Shown: positions 58,222 to 64,000 of the stretch, in pieces | Position numbering within the stretch: position 1 is the stretch's first letter | Layout: every line of letters begins with the position of its first letter | Assembly: GCA_963932905.1 (NCBI GenBank) | Contig: CAWVRN010000014.1 | Span: forward strand, 42,513 to 106,512 | Length of the DNA stretch: 64,000 nucleotides | Source: an uncultured Bdellovibrio sp. | GTDB taxonomy: Bacteria; Bdellovibrionota; Bdellovibrionia; Bdellovibrionales; Bdellovibrionaceae | Direction: 5' to 3' | Notes under the pieces: generated by a model | What the model was told of the DNA's origin: nothing | Seen by the model: only the letters and a program-made list of their open reading frames with translations | Databases searched by the model: none | Translations under genes and position numbers: made by a program

Positions 58222-58583
58222 TCGTCGCATTAGCGGGCTGTTCAACGGGTAATTGTCGTTCTAAGCAAATTCAAGCTGAACAGGCTGGTCCAGAGGTTCA
58301 GCCCAAAGAAAACAAGCTATTGCCAGACCCTACTATAACGGAACGAGCCCGTGTGTTTAAACCGAATGGCTCCCTTCAATGTGGTCAGGGTAAAAGCATC
58401 GAGCCAGTCACCATGGCGAAAGAGTTAAAAGATATTCAAGTTTATAGGTCATTTGTTGAAAATGACGGTAAAATGCGAATTCAAATGTGTGGGGCTCCGA
58501 CGGGAAATGTAAATGTATTTGAAATCGATAAAACTAACCTAGAGCGCGCGCTGGGCTTTGGTTTTACAGAATGGATCCGGTAA
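58185..58583 (+). CDS. small Cys-containing lipoprotein
   Basis: Lipobox LAGC; GSLQCG and QMCGAPTG. Confidence 0.75.
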   Translation: MEAKKFIFVCGVIVALAGCSTGNCRSKQIQAEQAGPEVQPKENKLLPDPTITERARVFKPNGSLQCGQGKSIEPVTMAKELKDIQVYRSFVENDGKMRIQMCGAPTGNVNVFEIDKTNLERALGFGFTEWIR

Positions 58584-58615
58584 TTAACTTTAACTTTTAA
58601 CGAAGAGGAATCAAT

Positions 58616-59077
58616 ATGATGAGTTTTTTAACTAAGTCAGTTTTAGTATTAAGTTTCTTGGCATCGGCAGCCTTTGCCAATTCAGCTACCGCAGTGGGAA
58701 CTTGGAAAACAATTGATGATGAAACAGGAAATGTAAAATCACTGGTTGAAATCACAGAGGCTGATGGTCAATTAACGGGTAAAGTCGTTAAGTTATTCCG
58801 TAAACCTGAAGAAGATCAGGATCCAAAATGCGATAAATGTTCTGGCGATAAAAAAGATAAACCCATCATGGGTCTTCAAATCCTGTGGGGTTTGAAAAAA
58901 GACGGTGATAATAAATGGTCGGGTGGCGAGATCATGGATCCTAAAAAAGGAAAAACGTACTCTTGCAAAATGGAATTGAGTGAAGACGGCAAGAAATTAA
59001 AAGTACGTGGCTTTCTAGGAATCTCTTTGTTAGGTCGTACGCAAACTTGGGAACGCCAAGAAGAAATCGCTAATTAG
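58616..59077 (+). CDS. DUF2147 family secreted protein
   Basis: GTWKTIDD, CDKC, GEIMDPKKGKTY, LKVRGFLG, GRTQTW. Confidence 0.9.
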   Translation: MMSFLTKSVLVLSFLASAAFANSATAVGTWKTIDDETGNVKSLVEITEADGQLTGKVVKLFRKPEEDQDPKCDKCSGDKKDKPIMGLQILWGLKKDGDNKWSGGEIMDPKKGKTYSCKMELSEDGKKLKVRGFLGISLLGRTQTWERQEEIAN

Positions 59078-59091
59078 TATTATTCTAAAAA

Positions 59092-59131
59092 CCCAGCGAG
59101 AGATCGATTCTGTGATCGATCCCTCGCTGGG
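59092..59131. terminator. long hairpin between convergent genes
   Basis: CCCAGCGAG-AGATCGAT...ATCGATCC-CTCGCTGGG. Confidence 0.7.
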
Positions 59132-59162
59132 GAATATTTGAGAACGATGGTAACTGAGGCAC

Positions 59163-59660
59163 CTAGCCTGGGATCGTCTTATAGAATTCAGTGAAAATCG
59201 TCGCCAAGAGCCAGATAGTTGATACAGCAAGTATCACAAATAACGAAAATACCCCAATCAACGTGAGTGCTAAAACAATTCCAGATGTCTTTTTGGTAAG
59301 ATGTGGATTGGCAAAATAGTTATCCATGAGTTGAATATTTTTCGTATTGGATTTCCACATAAAATCAAATAGCAAACCGAGCCCAGGTATCTTGTCCAAG
59401 ATATTGTCGATCACTACATTTAAAGCCATATGAAGAATTACAATAGGAGGGCATCCTAAAATAGCCGCGCGAAATAAAATATAAAACGACACTGCGTCTG
59501 TAATGATATTCCCGATTCCAGGAATTAGTCCTAGGATTCCGTCCCAGCCAAAACGCCACCCATTTGGTAGTTTGAATTTAGTATCTAGTAATTCTGCAAG
59601 GTAGCGAATGTCATTCATAGGATCCTTTTGTGAGCTGGTGTAAGAGTGAAGGGTAACCAT
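59163..59660 (-). CDS. DUF4112 family membrane protein
   Basis: LLDTKF...RFGWDGILGLIPGIG...FDFMWKSN. Confidence 0.85.
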   Translation of the reverse strand: MVTLHSYTSSQKDPMNDIRYLAELLDTKFKLPNGWRFGWDGILGLIPGIGNIITDAVSFYILFRAAILGCPPIVILHMALNVVIDNILDKIPGLGLLFDFMWKSNTKNIQLMDNYFANPHLTKKTSGIVLALTLIGVFSLFVILAVSTIWLLATIFTEFYKTIPG

Positions 59661-59766
59661 AAAATTTAATTATGTTCATTTCGTTTTCCGTTAGTAGCTG
59701 GGGGTATCTTTACATATAATTTGAATCTGTCTGTGGTTAACTTTATGCATTCCAAATTTTTTTTCA

Positions 59767-61848
59767 TTGTTATGTGAATTTTGCGATGCTCAAATGTTCA
59801 GAATGCTTAAGAGTAATTTGAGAACTGTCCTAAGTTTACTTCTCTTTTTTGTTTGTAGTTTTCCAGTCTTAGCGGCTGAATCGGTTAAAGCTCCTCATGT
59901 AAATATATCTTGGTTGGCGCCGGAAAAGTTAAGTCGCACATCTGCGGATGTTATCGGTATTAAATTTAAAATAGATCCTGAGTGGCATATTTACTGGAAA
60001 AACTCTGGCGATTCGGGTGCGCCTCCTAAGTTTAATTTTAAAAATGGAAATTACAACGTAGGTCCGGCACAGTGGCCTATTCCTAAACGAATTCCCGTCG
60101 GACATCTAGTGAATTTAGGCTACGAGGGTGAAGCAGCTTTTTTATTTCAAATAGCAGTTACTGATAATAGCGACAAAATAGATCTGTCTTTAAATTTAGA
60201 ATGGCTAGTGTGCAAAGAGGAATGTATTCCGGGTATTACAGAGATAAGTTTATCTCGTCCTTTAGTTGAAGGTGATAGTGTTTGGTCGACAGAAATAAAA
60301 AAGCAACGCGATAGTTTTGCGTCCCGAGTGCCCAGATCTGATGATGCTCCTTGGGAAATAAAGCTAGTTGAGAAAACGGAAGAAAAATTAGTGGTCGCCG
60401 TTAAAGTTAAAACTGGCGCTGCACCGAATTTGTTCCCGATAGATGGGGATTTTGTAAATCCACAATCGCCGACTGTTGAAAAAGTGGGTGATGAAAGTCG
60501 TTATACATTTGTTCTGCCGTCTGGGCGGGGGTCACCTTCTAAATTGAGTTTTCTAGGGGTTCGTGGTGGTGATTCTTGGGAGCAAGATATTCAATTAGCA
60601 GTCGAGGCAAGCTCGACGGCCACAACAAGTGTCGATAATTCAGCCGATCAAGCCAGCTTAGTCAGTCTATTGTTCTTTGCGGTTATTGGCGGGATTATTT
60701 TAAACCTGATGCCATGTGTGCTGCCAGTTCTGTCGATTAAATTTCTATCAATGCTTAAAACATCGGAAGGACGTCGCAAACGTGAATCACTTCTGTATCT
60801 TACCGGCATTTTAACTACATTTTTTGTTTTGGGTGCCGTTTTTCTTGGTCTGCGATCTGCCGGCGCAGCCATTGGCTGGGGATTTCAACTGCAATCGCCC
60901 TACATAATATTATTGTTAATTTTATTGTTTTGGTTGATGGCGCTTAATTTCTTGGGTGTTTTTGAATTTGGTGAATCAATTATGAACGTTGCAGGCAACA
61001 CCAATAGTACGGGTTCATTTTCAACTGGAGTCCTAGCAGTGTTTGTAGCCGCGCCATGTACAGGGCCATTTATGGGAACAGCATTAGGCGCAGCGGCCAC
61101 ATTGCCAGAAGTTCCTGCGTTAGGAATATTTTTAAGTCTTGGGTTGGGTCTGGGATTTCCGTTTGTATTGGTTTCATTTATTCCATCGTTTTATAGATTA
61201 ATGCCAAAACCAGGTGCTTGGATGGATCGATTAAAACAATTTCTAGCATTCCCATTAATTGGAACCGTGATTTGGTTGATGTGGGTGCTAGGATTTCAAT
61301 TAGGTTCAGACGGGTGGTTGTTGTCATGCACCCTACTCTTGTTAATTGCCCTGTCGTTTTGGCTAGGAAAAACACGCAGTAGAGTAGTGAAGGCGATGGC
61401 CGTCGTACTGGCATTAGTTGCTATTGGCGCCGGTTTTGCGGCGGTTGCGAAAGCGCAAAAGGCGACCATGCAAAACGTATCTACGTCTGTAGCACCGGCT
61501 AAGATTGGCGGTTGGGTCAAGTATGATCGCGAACTGATTGATCAAGCTCGTGCCAATGGCCAACCTGTGTTCGTCGACTTCACAGCAGCTTGGTGTATTA
61601 CCTGCCAGGTAAATAAAAAAGCGGTGCTAGAAACCGAAGCCGCACAAAAAATATTTCAGAGCAACAATGTATTGATCATGCGGGCTGACTGGACCAATCA
61701 AGATCCTGTAATCACAAAAGCACTTGCTGAATTTAAAAGAAATTCAGTTCCTGTTTATTTGTTTTATAATAAAGGCGCCGAGGCGCAAATATTACCACAA
61801 ATTTTAACGATTGCGATGATCGAAAATTTATTTAACAAAAAGGAGTAA
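59767..61848 (+). CDS. dsbD: DsbD-family thiol:disulfide interchange protein
   Basis: WHIYWKN, CKEEC, LMPCVLP, APCTGP, WCITC; start uncertain. Confidence 0.9.
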   Translation: MLCEFCDAQMFRMLKSNLRTVLSLLLFFVCSFPVLAAESVKAPHVNISWLAPEKLSRTSADVIGIKFKIDPEWHIYWKNSGDSGAPPKFNFKNGNYNVGPAQWPIPKRIPVGHLVNLGYEGEAAFLFQIAVTDNSDKIDLSLNLEWLVCKEECIPGITEISLSRPLVEGDSVWSTEIKKQRDSFASRVPRSDDAPWEIKLVEKTEEKLVVAVKVKTGAAPNLFPIDGDFVNPQSPTVEKVGDESRYTFVLPSGRGSPSKLSFLGVRGGDSWEQDIQLAVEASSTATTSVDNSADQASLVSLLFFAVIGGIILNLMPCVLPVLSIKFLSMLKTSEGRRKRESLLYLTGILTTFFVLGAVFLGLRSAGAAIGWGFQLQSPYIILLLILLFWLMALNFLGVFEFGESIMNVAGNTNSTGSFSTGVLAVFVAAPCTGPFMGTALGAAATLPEVPALGIFLSLGLGLGFPFVLVSFIPSFYRLMPKPGAWMDRLKQFLAFPLIGTVIWLMWVLGFQLGSDGWLLSCTLLLLIALSFWLGKTRSRVVKAMAVVLALVAIGAGFAAVAKAQKATMQNVSTSVAPAKIGGWVKYDRELIDQARANGQPVFVDFTAAWCITCQVNKKAVLETEAAQKIFQSNNVLIMRADWTNQDPVITKALAEFKRNSVPVYLFYNKGAEAQILPQILTIAMIENLFNKKE

Positions 61849-61852
61849 GAAA

Positions 61853-62452
61853 ATGAAAGTATTGGTATTTTTATCTTTATTCGTAGCCGGTAGTATGGCG
61901 ATGGCTGAAGCCGTTCCGGGAAAACCTGCGCCGGCATTTGAAACAGCGGCGGCTGATGGCAAAACTCATAAGCTCAGCGACTACGCGGGTAAATGGATTG
62001 TAATGGAATGGTACAACAAAGACTGTCCTTATGTGAAAAAGCATTACGGTTCAAACAACATGCAAGAACTTCAAAAAACATACACTAACAAAGGCGTTGT
62101 TTGGTTGTCTGTAAACTCATCTGCTAAAGGTAAAGAAGGATATACGGATGCCGCGGAAGCGATGAAAGTAGCTAAAGATGCAAAATCAAGCGCAACGGCC
62201 GTGTTGTTAGATCCAACTGGAGTTGTTGGTAAAGCTTATGGCGCGAAAACAACGCCTCATATGTTCGTTGTCGATCCTAAAGGTATCGTCGTGTACGCTG
62301 GTGCTATTGATGATAACAATTCATCTGATCCGGGTGTTATTTTTAAATCTAAAAACTATGTTACGACAGCGTTGGATGCAGCAATGGCTGGCAAAAAGGT
62401 AGAAACGGCCTCTACTAAACCTTATGGTTGTGGCACTAAGTACGCTAACTAG
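61853..62452 (+). CDS. periplasmic redoxin/thioredoxin-like protein
   Basis: EWYNKDCPYV, AKTTP, PYGC. Confidence 0.85.
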   Translation: MKVLVFLSLFVAGSMAMAEAVPGKPAPAFETAAADGKTHKLSDYAGKWIVMEWYNKDCPYVKKHYGSNNMQELQKTYTNKGVVWLSVNSSAKGKEGYTDAAEAMKVAKDAKSSATAVLLDPTGVVGKAYGAKTTPHMFVVDPKGIVVYAGAIDDNNSSDPGVIFKSKNYVTTALDAAMAGKKVETASTKPYGCGTKYAN

Positions 62453-62461
62453 TTAATGATT

Positions 62462-62494
62462 CAAATTGGACGCTGGTGAAAGGCGTCCAATTTG
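62462..62494 (+). terminator. hairpin after the redoxin gene
   Basis: CAAATTGGACGC-N9-GCGTCCAATTTG. Confidence 0.65.
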
Positions 62495-62508
62495 TTTGGA
62501 GTTTTGAA

Positions 62509-63309
62509 ATGGAATACCTGCATGGGTTTGACAAAAAAGAACAAGATCGCCTGGTTCATCAAGCGTTGTTTCTAGAGCCCTACGTTTATGCCGGTGTCGA
62601 TTTGAAAAAAGTAAATCGATTGCTAGAGGTGGGTTGCGGCGTTGGAGCTCAATCTAAAATTCTTCTTAAACGATTTCCAAAGATAAAAATTACGGGCGTT
62701 GATTTTTCTACGGCTCAATTGCACGTGGCTTCGCAATATTTAAAAAAACCAATCAAAGATGGTAAGGTTGAGCTTCTGCAGCAAGATGCGCAAGAATTGG
62801 ATTTGGATTTTAAAAAATACGACGCTGCTTTCTTGTGTTGGTTTTTAGAGCATGTACCTGAACCATTGAAGGTTTTAAAACGTGTTCATAAGCATTTAAA
62901 ACCGGGTGCGCAAATCGTGTTAACGGAAGTATTCAATCAATCGCTGTTTATGGAGCCATATTCGCCCAATTATTTAAAGTATTGGTTTGAATTTAATGAA
63001 TTGCAATGGAGTATGAAGGGGCATCCATTTGCGGGTGCGCAGTTAGGAAATTTGTTAAAGGAAGCTGGATTTAAATCTATTAATGTTGAATTTCGCCCAC
63101 TTCATTTTGATTCTAGAAACCCCAAGCAACGTGCAGAATTTATCGAGTTCTTTTTTCAAATTCTGCTGTCGGCGGAAACTAAATTGCTGGACCAGAAGAA
63201 AGTAACTCCAGAGCAGGTAAATAAAATGTACCAAGAAGTCGCTTTAGCTAAGAAAGCTAAGGACTCGGTATTTTTCTATAGTTTTGCTCGCGCTACGGCG
63301 GTTCGGTAA
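62509..63309 (+). CDS. class I SAM-dependent methyltransferase
   Basis: LEVGCGVG, GVD, FLEHV, LKPGA; start placed at ATG 62509 after GGAG. Confidence 0.9.
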   Translation: MEYLHGFDKKEQDRLVHQALFLEPYVYAGVDLKKVNRLLEVGCGVGAQSKILLKRFPKIKITGVDFSTAQLHVASQYLKKPIKDGKVELLQQDAQELDLDFKKYDAAFLCWFLEHVPEPLKVLKRVHKHLKPGAQIVLTEVFNQSLFMEPYSPNYLKYWFEFNELQWSMKGHPFAGAQLGNLLKEAGFKSINVEFRPLHFDSRNPKQRAEFIEFFFQILLSAETKLLDQKKVTPEQVNKMYQEVALAKKAKDSVFFYSFARATAVR

Positions 63310-63315
63310 ATCACT

Positions 63316-63966
63316 TTGGCTAAAATAGAGAAACTCGCTAGAACGAGCAATGAATCCATTATTAAACACACCGGTAAAAGCTGGGATACATGGATAGAGG
63401 TTTTGAAAAAAGCAGGTGCTGAAAATCTATCACATAAAGAGATCGTTCAACTATTAAATACGAAGTATAAACTTAAACCCTGGTTTCAGCAGATTGTGAC
63501 TGGTGGTTTTGAGGTCCATATAGGTCGCCGTCGAGAAGGGGAGAATGAAAAAGGGGAGTATACAGTCACCGTTACAAAGACCCTACCCGTAGATCAAAAA
63601 ACACTTTGGAAATTCATAACTTCTATAGAAGGCCTTGCTGTTTGGTTGAAGCCAATGGACGAATTCAAAATTGTAAAAGGGGCTACATTTGAAGTTATCG
63701 GAGGAATCTTTGGTGAAGTTCGCACGGTAAAATCGCCGATTCAATTTCGTCTAAGATGGGAAGATTCTGACTGGGTCAAAAAAACGGTGGTGCAAGTGTA
63801 TGTTCATCCACGACCAAAAAATAAAAGCATGTTTGGGTTAACTCATGAAGGTTTGGCAAATCCTCGTATTAAAGAAAAACAGCGTAGCTACTGGAAAAAT
63901 GCTGTCGAACAACTGGCGCTAGCTGTTAATGAACTGGCCCCTTATCCTGCGGCTAAGGCCAGGTAA
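63316..63966 (+). CDS. DUF4287-like plus SRPBCC/AHSA1-like domain protein
   Basis: TGKSWDTW..VL N-terminal motif; START-like C-terminal domain; last 11 codons and stop lie inside the repeat element. Confidence 0.7.
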   Translation: MAKIEKLARTSNESIIKHTGKSWDTWIEVLKKAGAENLSHKEIVQLLNTKYKLKPWFQQIVTGGFEVHIGRRREGENEKGEYTVTVTKTLPVDQKTLWKFITSIEGLAVWLKPMDEFKIVKGATFEVIGGIFGEVRTVKSPIQFRLRWEDSDWVKKTVVQVYVHPRPKNKSMFGLTHEGLANPRIKEKQRSYWKNAVEQLALAVNELAPYPAAKAR

Positions 63967-64000
63967 AATATCGCCAAATCAAGTGAATTTAAAACGTGCT
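63931..64000. mobile_element. second, inverted copy of the MITE-like element (truncated by window end)
   Basis: 68/70 nt identical to the reverse complement of 537-606. Confidence 0.85.

Overview
Chromosomal window, apparently from a Bdellovibrionota (Bdellovibrio-like) bacterium; the taxon is inferred from gene content and order only. It is mostly housekeeping and envelope genes: T2SS gspC-D-E, nrnA, greA, trpS-scpA-scpB, class I ribonucleotide reductase nrdAB with NrdR boxes, kup, glyA, rpiB, the yceD-rpmF-fab cluster (no plsX), an NMT1/SsuA-type ABC transporter, a Leu dehydrogenase, yfgM/bamB-like genes and dsbD. Many secreted hydrolases and hypothetical proteins are interspersed. No rRNA, tRNA or CRISPR array was seen. 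Most notable observations: (1) a 258-bp non-coding MITE-like element (349-606) with hairpin-containing terminal inverted repeats, whose second inverted copy (from 63931) supplies the C-terminus and stop codon of a gene; (2) a catalytic-domain-only tyrosine recombinase divergent from a membrane-anchored HTH protein, across a 600-bp AT-rich spacer containing a 10-8-10 palindrome; (3) a structured nrdA leader with three phased NrdR-like boxes; (4) a YhcC/MnmL-like radical SAM gene head-to-head with a stand-alone MnmC-type methyltransferase; (5) ScpA/ScpB with long acidic tails carrying a repeated motif; (6) a recurring GTC-N9-GA(C/A) palindrome and sigma54/sigma28-like promoters upstream of secreted or small proteins.
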